Assembly: GCF_902652985.1 (NCBI RefSeq)
Contig: NC_047015.1
Span: 30,628,001-30,692,000 of the forward strand
Length of the DNA: 64,000 nt
Direction of reading: 5' to 3'
Origin: Pecten maximus
Taxonomy: Eukaryota
The notes beneath the pieces are model-generated. The model was not told the DNA's origin. It did no database searches and was given only the letters and a program-made list of their open reading frames with translations. The number at the start of each line of letters is the position of its first letter. Position 1 is the stretch's first letter. This document shows, in pieces, positions 15,288 through 27,931 of this stretch. The translations under genes and the position numbers were made by a program.

Positions 15288-16030
15288 TACATAAACAACA
15301 TCACATACGCCAGACATTGTACACATGATAACATCACATCACATGCACCAGACTTTTTACTTTGTACTATCTAATAAAAAATAGATGCTCATTCTCACTA
15401 CGTTACATGAACATCTAACGACATCGGGGTCACGTTCAGGTGAACTTTGTTATCTCAATATTTCACTTTTAGGTTGAATTGTCAATTTTTCGATGTCATC
15501 GATCTCACCCATTCGTCAAAGCATGCATCTGAAGCTAACCATATCGGTACAGGTTGTATATAGCTATATGCTTCGTTTGACAGATTATGCAAGCTATGCA
15601 CTCTAGTCATGCTATATCGCCCATACGAAATTCACTTCCAATATTCTGTAAGTAATAATCCAAAAGGTCATCCTAACGTGACATCTTATGTGATGTCGTT
15701 AGATGTCAATGTAACGTATTGAGAATGACCATCTAGATTTTAATTAGATTGTATTCTGTATAAGATTAGCAACATCGTGTTCGCGAGACTTTTTACACGT
15801 GATAACATAGATAGCATCATATACACCAGCCATTGTACACGTTATAACATAAACAACATCATATACACCAGACATTGTACAGGTTATAACAAACAACATC
15901 ACAACACTAAAAAAAAAAAAAAAAAAAAAAATTACACGTGATAACAAACAACATCACATACACCAGATATTTTACACGTGATGACATAAACAACATCACA
16001 TCCACTAGACTTTTTACACGTTATAACATA
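15288..16030. repeat. Degenerate ~42-bp tandem repeat (acataaacaacatcacatacaccagac...acacgtgata), split by a MITE
   Basis: Copies at 15288-15365 and ~15770-16030. Confidence 0.75.
15382..15735. mobile_element. MITE with ~44-bp terminal inverted repeats
   Basis: tagatgctcattctcactacgttacatgaacatctaacgacatc ... gatgtcgttagatgtcaatgtaacgtattgagaatgaccatcta; TA at both ends. Confidence 0.85.
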
Positions 16031-17594
16031 AAAGCTAAGTACCATGTCCAGTTTAGTAGCATATGAAACTTTTCTGATACTCAATTTCAAACAACATTTC
16101 ACTGATGTCAAAATGTATCTATGCATTGCTGCTCCTTTCAAATCGAACAATAACCTATATTAACATAGTTTGAGGGAATAACGATGACATGCCAATTATG
16201 ATATCAAAAATTAAAGCAGGCTAATCAGCGTTCCATTATACAAGTTGTTTAAAAAATATTTTCCCAATTTTCATTCTGAATTTTGTATCTTGAAGATTGA
16301 TACCAGAAGAAAGGGACAGCTAGCCGGTAAGCTCCGCTGGTGTGTAAGCCGGTGGATTTCGTCATAATACAAGTCATGTTTGAATCTTTACCTAGAGCTG
16401 ATACACATATAATACATATTGAATAGAAATTTCTAGTGTAACTATTTACAATGAATAAATTGACTATTCAGCTCCCTCCTCTATATATTTTACTAACTTG
16501 CCTTTCCAATACCCACATGTTTGGCCTCTAAGATCATTGACCTAGAACAACTAGTCAGCAGTGTGGGGAAGTTTAATTTATGATTCGGCATAGTTAAAGA
16601 TGCAACTGACATGCACGTATCTTTAAAACAATATTCTACAAGGCTGTGATAATTGCTGCCTATATATGGGTATGAATACTATATTCCCTTTTCACCAATT
16701 ATAAGATTGAACATAAGGCGTACAGCAATCGCTTATTGCACCTTGAAATATTAATAACTAAATTAACGATCCAGTTACGTCAACCGTCCTGATATGATCC
16801 CTGCTGATGCAAGAAACTCCAAACAAACTAATTATGTCATGTATGGTATTGAGATATAATTTGGCACGTGAGGCATTAAAACGGCATTTTAACCATTGGA
16901 GGTATATTGTGGGTTTAATAGAATATGATACATAGACAAAAGTTTATGTCCCAAATTAGAATTTACTGTGGTATACGTGCGATAGAAATTAGGTCTACGA
17001 CAAGCTGCGAGAATTCACCACCATAGCTCAGTTACCTAAAAGAGAGGTCTAGTTGTTAGAGATAGTATACAAAACTAGGTCACTATCTTATTGATATTTC
17101 AATATGGAAACACATCATCATATGCTGCTATACAGTGAGCTGCCTTCTTGATCATATCCCAAACTTTCTCGTTCTGGGCATTTTGTGAATAGTGTACTTT
17201 TATTACTCGATGATATTAGAAAAAAACAATATCCATGATATTACATGGAATGGTTATGGGAATACTGTTTTATATGGGGGTCTATCAGATCAGATAACAG
17301 TGTAAACACTGTACTACAATACAATATTGTTCTTTCTTTTTTTTAAATTGGGTGCTGCGTAAATAAAATGGTATGTTTGGAGATAAGAAATCCTTCCCGT
17401 ACCTGGGGGTGATATCCTTTATTGCCTAACCCTCGTCAGAACCTAGACAACAACACCATCATCCCTCGGGCTGGAGATTTGTATGTCACATCCTTAAGGT
17501 AAATGTGATATGAAGTCAAACGTGTTTGACACGTATTGCTATACCTAGCTGATTTAAGATTGTGATTTAATCCGGTTTTGACCAAGATCTGTAT

Positions 17595-17650
17595 GGCAGG
17601 TGACGTCGATGAAGCAGAGGACTCTTAATCTTCCGGATCACCTGGTCTTA
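17595..17650. mobile_element. Nin-domain-like SINE fragment
   Basis: gaagcagaggactcttaatcttccggatcacctggtct resembles the Nin core; an inverted homologue lies at 19239-19290. Confidence 0.5.
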
Positions 17651-19039
17651 TTATCCTGGTACTTTTACAGGAGTATCCGTGTAAATCTATATTTTGTTTA
17701 TAGTTTGTAATAGTTTAGTCGATTTTAAAGTTTGAATGGGGGTTCGCTATCATGTCGACATCCTTTCTATTGCTTGGATTAAACAGAAGTCGATTTTCAT
17801 ATAGTTTACTATACTGCATTGTATATTAGTGTCTATGGAATGATATCTGTATCTGTGCCTGTATCAGCCCTCTAATTGTATATACACTATGTAATACTGT
17901 TCTCGGGGACCAGATTATACTTATTTTAGTTGTATACACGACCACATAACTACTTCCAGGAAATTGGCTCTTCCCCCGTAGATGTATGTTCAGCACTATA
18001 GTGTATAACTCAGTTTAAGGCTGTTTAGCTATCTATATGTATATTTTATCTAAACGAGATATCTCCATTATTGTGCCAATGTAAAACGAGGGTGTAAAAT
18101 ATGAGAATAACACGGCAATATCCACTTGTTGTATAAGTAATCTGTCGGACTGTTTGGTAGGGGTATTAATTATTGTTCACATTACAATAATCTGGCACAC
18201 AGAACAGGCGGATTCAATTTGGCTGTGACTAGGAGGCTGGTATACCGAGGTATTGATCTTTCATGGGTCGGTTTGGTCGGGGATGTCTGGTTCTGTGGGG
18301 GTGAAAACTCATTTACACAACATAATAACGCTTTTTGTAAGCAAAGCTATCAGACTTAAGGAGGTACTATGTATCGGTGGACGTGAGCATATGTATTACT
18401 GGTTTTGTTCGACATACGGAGGTTATTACATGAGTGTATGTATATGTAGTATACTGTAACAATGGTTCATACTACATGAATATCTAGGATAGTTTGTTTC
18501 ATGAAGTTGATTAAAACACGGAATTACATTATGTATTTTTGTTTTCTCATTTTTACAAAGGGTTATAAGCGTCGTATAAAATATTATTTAAAGACAATGA
18601 GTGATTAATTCACAAGTGCACGTATTGCTTTGTAATAATGTTGTATATTACATTTTCAGCATATTGCTTTATTAAACAGAGAGACTATAACATGAATGTG
18701 CGTATGGTTTTGTATTAAATGCTCATAACAATTGAATTGGTGAATCAATTTATCTGCAAAACAACACATTTATCGCCATGAAAACGTTAAAACCAAGGAC
18801 ATCGTAATACATAAAGTTCAACGAAATGATAGTATATAGGACGAGGTAAGGGTTATAAAACCTGTATTTTTAAAGTAAACAGCCTTTTTCAAGCTACAAA
18901 ATATTTAAGTAATTGCAGCTTATTAGATAACGAACTTGCGAACTGGTAAAGACCAGTAAAGTATACAATTATGAAGTGCCTCATCTTCATCTTATACAAA
19001 CAACGAATGCCGACGTGTACAGGAATTCGTATCGATATA

Positions 19040-19230
19040 ACGTATCAATATAACGTAGACAAAATAAGAGTAAAATATAGATTTACTCGGAGGCCCTTAA
19101 ACGTATCAATATAACGTAGACAAAATAAGAGTAAGATATAGATTTACTCGGAGGCCCTAAAACGTATAAATATAACGTAGACAAAATAATAGTAAGATAG
19201 TGATTTACTCGGAGGCCCTTAAACGTATCA
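19040..19230. repeat. Three tandem copies of a 61-bp unit
   Basis: acgtat(c/a)aatataacgtagac...ctcggaggcc starts at 19040, 19101 and 19162, with a partial fourth at 19223. Confidence 0.93.
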
Positions 19231-19238
19231 ACGGAGTT

Positions 19239-19290
19239 AGACCAGGCGTCCCAGAAGGTTTAGCGTCTTCTCCTTTGCCGACTATACCGC
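19239..19290. mobile_element. Nin-domain-like SINE fragment (opposite orientation to 17595-17650)
   Basis: agaccaggcgtcccagaaggtttagcgtcttctcct aligns with the reverse complement of 17595-17650. Confidence 0.45.
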
Positions 19291-20616
19291 CGTTTAATTC
19301 TCGGTCAATGGTACCACCGAGTCAGAATTAAGATACCACTCCGGAAAAAGAACCCCGTTTCATTGTATTATCAAGAGTCCATTCCATATTGTATGAAAGT
19401 TTGGTACTTTATCAAACAAATTTTAAACATAACATTAACATACCAGGTATTCTGACCAAGAGAACAGTTACACTATACAAAAATGTACCTGGGACTTGGC
19501 ATTTCTGTCTAATGGCACTATACAACAGGCCTTAATTTGACCTCGTTCAACGAGAAAGCCTATTTGATGATAGGATCGACCTACAACCATCCAACCACGT
19601 TATTGTGTGTATGATGATGTTAATATATCACATGTTAAGATTATGATACTATACCATGTCTTCTTTATTTCGTCCTTTAACATATAAAGCCAACTCTCGT
19701 TAGAGCTATGGTATCACAGCTAGCGTGATTATAACATACTCCATGTGGTATTTTTGATGTTTTATATTACATATAATGTGCTGTGTTCGTTAGTGGAAAT
19801 TCGTACGGGTGTAAAGTCCTCGCAGCAGCCATAGCCGCGCAGACGGTTAACTATGGTTACAACAAAAAATAAAAACAACCATCAGAAAAGAACATTAAAG
19901 AAAATATCAAGTTTTACAGTGAGGACAACAGATCAGTTTTGATGTCTCCAATAGTTCCCTTATTAGAAGACAAAAATGTCCGATTATGCAGGTAAGGCGA
20001 TCCGCTCTCAGTCTGTCACTGTCACAATTATTCAACTGCTTTCACATGCTGTGGGGTACAGCAGACACAATCTTCCCCTTCTCTTATAAGTGTTTTACTC
20101 TAAGTAGTCATGTTTTTTTCGATTATAAGACGCTAAAAACTGAAGGATTTTTTCACACAAAATTGCACCTGTGGGAGATATAAAAATCAATTCCTAGCGC
20201 CGACAATCCATCATCGGAGAAATCCGTACTCTGACCTGGGGGAATTGAAACGATGAAATCTCGATATACAAAGAAGTGCAATTTGTCTCCTGTGTAATTA
20301 TTTAAAGTGCAGGCTACTGTAAAGTTTTTCGATGGTTCAAATTATTACGGTTTTACCGAATGTTTGCAACAAAAAGGATATTTTATTGTGAAACAGGTTA
20401 ATAGAAACATTCTCTTTAATTTTTACTTTCCAAAAAAAGTCATTTTTTCAGGATTATATTTCATCCCCAAATTAGTACCAAAACTCGTTTAATATGCCTG
20501 TAAAGTGGATGCGCGCATATCCTTGTGTATCAAGCAAAACCGGTTCTTGTGATAGTACTCAGAAATGTTGACTGATACACCTATGTACACAATACACAGC
20601 ATCAAGGACAACCAGG

Positions 20617-21537
20617 TAACAAAGTACATCATCAACTGGCCCCGTCAGTGTGTTATGTATATTAACAAAGTACATCATCAACTGGCCCCGTCAGTGTGTT
20701 ATGTATATAACCAAAGTACATCATCAACTGGCCCCATCAGTGTGTTATGTATATTAACAAAGTACATCATCAACTGGCCCCGTCAGTGTGTTATGTATAT
20801 TAACAAAGTACATCATCAACTGGCCCCATCAATGTGTTATGTATATTAACAAAGTACATCATCAACTGGCCCCGTCAGTGTGTTATGTATATTAACAAAG
20901 TACATCATCAACTGGCCCCATCAACGTGTTATGTATATTAACAAAGTACATCATCAACTGGCCCCGTCAGTGTGTTAGGTATATTAACAAAGTACATCAT
21001 CAACTGGCCCCATCAATATGTTAGGTATATTAACAAAGTACATCATCACCTGGCCCCATCAGTGTGTTATGTATATTAACAAAGTACATCGTCACCTGGC
21101 CCCATCAGTGTGTTATGTATATTACCAAAGTACATCATCAACTGGCCCCGTCAATGTGTAATGTATATTAACAAAGTACATCATCAACTGGCCCCGTCAG
21201 TGTGTAATGTATATTAACAAAGTACACCATCAACTGGCCCCGCCAATGTGTTATGTATATTAACAAAGTACATCATCAACTGGCCCCGTCAATGTGTAAT
21301 GTATATTAACAAAGTACATCATCAACTGGCCCCGTCAATGTGTAATGTATATTAACAAAGTGCATCATCAACTGGCCCCGTCAATGTGTTATGTATATTA
21401 AGAAAGTACATCATCAACTGGCCCCGTCAGTGTGTAATGTATATTAACAAAGTACACCATCAACTGGCCCCGTCAGTGTGTTATGTATATTAACAAAGTA
21501 TATCGTCAACTGGCCCCGTCAGTGTGTCATGTTTATT
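20617..21537. repeat. Minisatellite, 46-bp unit (aacaaagtacatcatcaactggccccgtcagtgtgttatgtatatt), ~20 copies
   Basis: 46-bp periodicity (20618, 20664...). Confidence 0.96.
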
Positions 21538-23509
21538 GATTGATCTGTTTCCTATCTACAAATTGTTAACAATATATCATTAGTTACAGTATTTGTTATT
21601 GGACTTTATCCAATCCTTGTTACTCATTTTAAAACTCGTTTGGATGTTTATTGTGGCAGCAATGAACACATAAATGCGTTATAGCCATACATGTTTAATG
21701 AAGCAATGGCGTGACGATGGAACGAGATCAAGTGTCGTCTGCTCAGTTGTGTCTGTGATAATTAGCCTATCGATTTCAAATTAAGTCCAGCTACATTAAC
21801 AACTTAAAATTTAATTTTAACATTTGTTATTATTTTATTGCAGGGAAAGACATAAATCTTGAAAGAATTTGTTCTGCGAGATTTAAATACACTAGTGCTA
21901 TCGAAGAGATAATCGAGCTTCACAGCTCAGTGTAAACTGTACCTAGTTCGGCTTGGTTGAATGAACTACGAGGAAATCTCATGGGATTTGTTTTATATAC
22001 AATGGTGTATCTAGAAGTACACCATCCCTTCTGTTGTGTAGGACAATTTCACACGTCAGGTTTGCCAAAGTACATTCCTAAAGATTAACAGCAATGCATC
22101 AACTGAATTGTGTTGAAAGTCATCAAAAACATTAAATCGTATCACCTACGTTGAAATTAAGACCGACTTGTCCTCTTATGTTTTGGTAGGTAATGAATCT
22201 GGGAAAATCCTAAAGTCACAGGCACTGTCTACTCACAGTTTCATGGATCTAACTAAACCGAATGTATTAGGTACCACCTTAACTATGACGGTATACGGAG
22301 GACAACTCTCCTTAGTTTGTTATATTTTTGCTTCACGACTCCGGGTATTGCTATGTTTTTGTCTCAACAATGGTAGTATTGTATCGGCCTATCCCTGCAA
22401 TATTGAATTCAGAATTATCAAAGGAACGCATATGTTTTAATATGCATTTGTACATTGTTTACCGGCCTCTCAATGTCTTCGTTGATTATGGTATACAATC
22501 CTGTAATACATTGAAAATACTCCTTCAAAATGTAACAATGCAACAGTTGATAATAATTGTAATGCAGCTCTGCTTATTTTTTTAATCATACCATGCTACA
22601 ATTGGGTGTCAAGAATTATTCATATTAATAATCAAGAAATGTTTTGGAAATATTGCGATCGAATTTTTTTTTCTTAATTCATTAAGATTGGGCTACCATG
22701 TTTAGATAGATTGATATATTATAAGATGACATAACTTGTTTCGTAATTGTTGTAAAATAAATTAATTTTACAAGTTGATCAAGGTTGGTTAATTCACATG
22801 AACTTGATTACATTTGTAAACATTTCAATAACGCTATTTCCTCTCACAAATGAATACCCATGACTATCGATGATTCAATATGACACCTTATTTCGGTGAT
22901 GCAATTAAGTCGTTGCCGATACACATGCGAAATTAGGACGGAACCTAACATCACATTCAATCAGTATAAAGCAACACGTATCAATGCCTATTAGCTTAGA
23001 TTTGTTGGTGTATACATTTTTTAACATACAGACAAAAAATGTCTCATGTCGGAATCCATATAACTACCTGGAATAGAATAGCCATAGTGTTATGTATTTG
23101 TGAACACATCAAATCTAGATTCGTATACAAGATTTAGATGAGATTACCAGACGGTAAGCTAAAGACAAGCAAATCTACAGAATGACATACAAAAAATGTA
23201 CTGTACCTGGATAAAGATCCTCCGTTTTCTCCAAATGGCAACGACAGTTTAGTCTCACGCCACCATATTCCACATATTAGTAATTACATATTGTATATAA
23301 TATAACCCATTTTGAATGTATGCTGGTGTGAATTGGCTTTTTATTTAATTTAATTACAAGAGATAAAATAATTTACTTACGCTGGATTTATGAATATGAA
23401 AATTGAAAAACGTAAACAAAATTTCAGATACAAACACCACCATGGTAAACTCAATGATTTATTTTTTATAAGATAGAATATGATTAAATTATACATCTAG
23501 ACACACATA

Positions 23510-24193
23510 TCATTTCTTCTTGTTATGATGCTTATTGCCCAGTTTTGGTTTTCCTTTTGTCACTCTAGTTTTTGTATGTAGTCCAACCTTGACAGAGACT
23601 TTCTGTTTTTTCGTCTGTTTAGTCTTCACGGAATTCAACATTTCTACTTCAGCGTTCACGTTTTCAACAAGTTTAGAATTACTGATTTCTGAACCGGAAT
23701 GTTTGCTTTTTCCTGTTACCGTTTTAGCATTTTTCAATATGGCATTATCATCTTCGATGTCATTTTCCAGATCAATGTGGATAGACCGAGGAGTGACGAA
23801 GTCGTTTGGGTAATCCTGTTTTTCCACTGTGTCTAGTAACGTGCCTTCTGCGCCCATTCTTCCTAGTCGAGAGGTGTCTAAAAGAGACATCCTTGTTTTC
23901 AACCGTTCTAATCTTTCCACAAAAACACATGCGCGTTTCTCTCTGTTTTCCTTGTGTCGGACTACGGACGCACACACAGATTCCACCTCTGGTGTCGTGT
24001 CATCCTCTTCTCTCCTCTCGGACACCAAGATAGACTCGCTTGCGGTTATTGCACTCGCTGTATGACAACCGTGTTGCTTTTGGTCGTACGAGTCCTTGCT
24101 TATATCAACTGCGTTCCCTTCTGGCAAGGAGACCAGATCAGCATTGCCTGCTCCATTCGGTTGTACCAAAGACGCTAACTCACTATCCAACAT
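23510..24193 (-). CDS. Uncharacterised 227-aa ORF; acidic/Ser-rich with a Lys-rich C-terminus (single-exon gene or terminal exon)
   Basis: Non-repetitive 684-nt ORF, GC-richer than its flanks, protein-like composition; minus-strand AATAAA near 23340; no recognisable domain. Confidence 0.55.
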   Translation of the reverse strand: MLDSELASLVQPNGAGNADLVSLPEGNAVDISKDSYDQKQHGCHTASAITASESILVSERREEDDTTPEVESVCASVVRHKENREKRACVFVERLERLKTRMSLLDTSRLGRMGAEGTLLDTVEKQDYPNDFVTPRSIHIDLENDIEDDNAILKNAKTVTGKSKHSGSEISNSKLVENVNAEVEMLNSVKTKQTKKQKVSVKVGLHTKTRVTKGKPKLGNKHHNKKK

Positions 24194-25082
24194 ATTGGTA
24201 ATGATATCTCTGTCGTTTGTACCTGATCACTGGGCTCTACACTGTATTGGGCTCTACACTGTAGTTGTGAAGAACCTCAATTTGAACTTTCAATCCTCCT
24301 CAAATCAAACGAGATTTTTATCGTTTTAATTTTGAACGACATTCCAAGAAAGTGTGCTGTAGATTCCGTATATTTGTCAGGAGACGATACTTATGAGGCA
24401 GTGACATAACAACCCCCAGTCAGTTTACACTCCCTGCTCATGTTAGGGTTGGTGTCTCACCGAGAAACGATCCCCATGTTAGTCATTCGCTGTAAGTACA
24501 CTTTTACTATGTACACATATGTACTCCTGACCATTGTGTTTATGAAATCTTATTTTACGCCTGGTTCTGTAATATGTAATTGATCAACGACATTAATCTA
24601 GGATTATCGTTACAGTACAATGGCGAAAGTGTTATATCTAACCTGCGATCGCAATACGTTTGTTTGTGAAAAAAAAAATCGGATAAAGAAATAATTATTG
24701 AACTGAAAATACACGAGGTTTATTTTTTCCTTTAGCGATACTTGAAAGACGTTTAATTAATATCATAAGTGTAACTTTTTTGTGTGTATAGACGGGGCTA
24801 TAAATAGTGTACATTAAGTGCCGAGACGTTAAAATTGGCTCGGTCCTGAAATATTGATTTTAAGATGTTTTTATTTCCAAAAAACAGAATATACAAGAAC
24901 TCTACAAGCAGTCCTATCGCCAAATACAGCATTTATAAACTAATCCTCTAGATCATTCATAGTTTTGCTATTAAATGAACCACGCTGATTGCGGTGTGAG
25001 GCATCGGGTAACCTATTGTGGTCGGTAATCCTTGTTATTTCGGCACGAAGAACCGACATTGTGCCGTTATATGGTCTTACAC

Positions 25083-25905
25083 TGTGCTATATACAGCACC
25101 AATTTACTGCCGTGGCGTGCTATATACAGCACCATTTTACTGCCGTGGCGTGCTATATACAGCACCATTTTACTGCCGTGGCGTGCTATATACAGCACCA
25201 TTTTACTGTCGTGGCGTGCTATATACAGCACCATTTTACTGTCGTGGCGTGCTATATACAGCACCAATTTACTGCCGTGGCGTGCTATATACAGCACCAT
25301 TTTACTGTCGTGGCGTGCTTTATACAGAACCATTTTACTGTCGTGTCGTGCTATATACAGAACCATTTTACTGCCGTGGCGTGCTATACAACACCATTTT
25401 ACTGTCGTGGCGTGCTATATACAGCACCATTTTACTGCCGTGGCGTGCTATATACAGCACCATTTTACTGTCGTGGCGTGCTATATACAGCACCATTTTA
25501 CTGTCGTGGCGTGCTATATACAGAACCATTTTACTGCCGTGGCGTGCTATATACAGCACCATTTTACTGTCGTGGCGTGCTATATACAGCACCAATTTAC
25601 TGCCGTGGCGTGCTATATACAGCACCATTTTACTGTCGTGGCGTGCTTTATACAGAACCATTTTACTGTCGTGTCGTGCTATATACAGAACCATTTTACT
25701 GCCGTGGCGTGCTATACAACACCATTTTACTGTCGTGGCGTGCTATATACAGCACCATTTTACTGCCGTGGCGTGCTATATACAGCATCATTTTACTGTC
25801 GTGGCGTGCTATATACAGCACCATTTTACTGTCGTGGCGTGCTATATACAGAACCATTTTACTGCCGTGGCGTGCTATATACAGCATCATTTTACTGTCG
25901 TGTCG
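25083..25905. repeat. Minisatellite, 33-bp unit (gtgctatatacagcaccattttactgYcgtggc), ~25 copies
   Basis: 33-bp periodicity; two 31-bp variant units. Confidence 0.96.
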
Positions 25906-26159
25906 CATTGGCTATGCGTCTATTATGACCAGTGTTGGTTACCTTGCAAACAATAATGTTCTATTTCACATGGACATTGGCGATGCACGAGTAGGGTAAC
26001 AAGTAGGTCTACAACACATATTAAGAATAGTATATTAGGGGATGTTTAGTCTCGTGACATATCAGGTCATATGAATACGGTATCCACTAACATTGGCTCC
26101 ACTGACCGTGACACTTTAATAGTGCCATCATACTGAATTACATACCTGGAACGGAAGCA

Positions 26160-27930
26160 TGACATCAGACAGGATCACCTACAACAATCGGACACGAAAC
26201 AGGGTCACATACACAAAACGGACACCAGACAGTGTCACATACACAGAACGGACACCAGACAGGGTCACATACAACGAACGGACATCAGTCAGGGTCACAT
26301 ACACAAAACGGACATCAGACACGGTCACATACACAAAACAGACACCAGACAGTGTCACATACACAAAACGGACACCAGACAGAGTCACATACACAGAACG
26401 GACACCAGACAGAGTCACATACACAAAACGGACACCAGACAGGGTCACGTACAACAAACGGACATCAGACAGGGTCACATACAACAAACGGACACCAGAC
26501 AGGGTCACATACAATAAAACGGACACCAGACAGGGTCACATACAACAAATGGACATCAGTCAGGGTCACATACAACAAACGGACACCAGACAGGGTTACA
26601 TGCAACAAACGGACACCAGACAGGGTCACATACACAGAACGGACACCAGACAGTGTCACATACACAAAACGGACATCAGACAGGGTTACATACAACAAAC
26701 GCACACCAGACACGTTCACATACACCAAACGGACACCAGACAGGGTCACATACAAAAAAGGGACACCACACAGGGTCACATACACAAAACGGACACCAGA
26801 CAGGGTCACATACACAAAACGGACACCAGACAGGGTCACATACAACGAACGGACATCAGTCAGGGTCACATACACAAAACGGACATCAGACACGGTCACA
26901 TACACAAAACAGACACCAGACAGTGTCACATACACAAAACGGACACCAGACAGAGTCACATACACAGAACGGACACCAGACAGAGTCACATACACAAAAC
27001 GGACACCAGACAGGGTCACGTACAACAAACGGACATCAGACAGGGTCACATACAACAAACGGACACCAGACAGGGTCACATACAATAAAACGGACACCAG
27101 ACAGGGTCACATACAACAAATGGACATCAGTCAGGGTCACATACAACAAACGGACACCAGACAGGGTTACATGCAACAAACGGACATCAGACAGGGTCAC
27201 ATACAACAAACGGACACCAGACAGTGTCACATACACAAAACGGACATCAGACAGGGTTACATACAACAAACGCACACCAGACACGTTCACATACACCAAA
27301 CGGACACCAGACAGGGTCTCATACAACAAACGGACACCAGACAGGGTCACATACAACAAATTGACATCAGACAGGGTCACATACAACAAACGGACACCAT
27401 ACAGGGTTACATACAACAAACGGACATCAGACAGGATCACATACACAGAACGGACACCAGACAGTGTCACATACAACGAACGGACACCAGACAGGGTCAC
27501 ATACACAAAACGGACATCAGACAGGGTTACATACAACAAACGCACACCAGACACGTTCCCATACACCAAACGGACACCAGACAGGGTCTCATACAACAAA
27601 CGGACACCAGACAGGGTCACATACAACAAATTGACATCAGACAGGGTCACATACAACAAACGGACACCAGACAGGGTCACATACAACAAACGGACACCAG
27701 ACAGGGTCACATACACAGAACGGACACCAGACAGTGTCACATACACAAAACGGACATCAGACAGGGTTACATACAACAAACGCACACCAGACACGTTCAC
27801 ATACACCAAACGGACACCAGACAGGGTCACATACAAAAAAGGGACACCACACAGGGTCACATACACAAAACGGACACCAGACAGGGTCACATACACAAAA
27901 CGGACACCAGACAGAGTCACATACACAAAA
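26160..27930. repeat. Minisatellite, 30-bp unit (cagacagggtcacatacacaaaacggacac), ~59 copies
   Basis: 30-bp periodicity visible as column alignment. Confidence 0.97.
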
Positions 27931-27931
27931 A

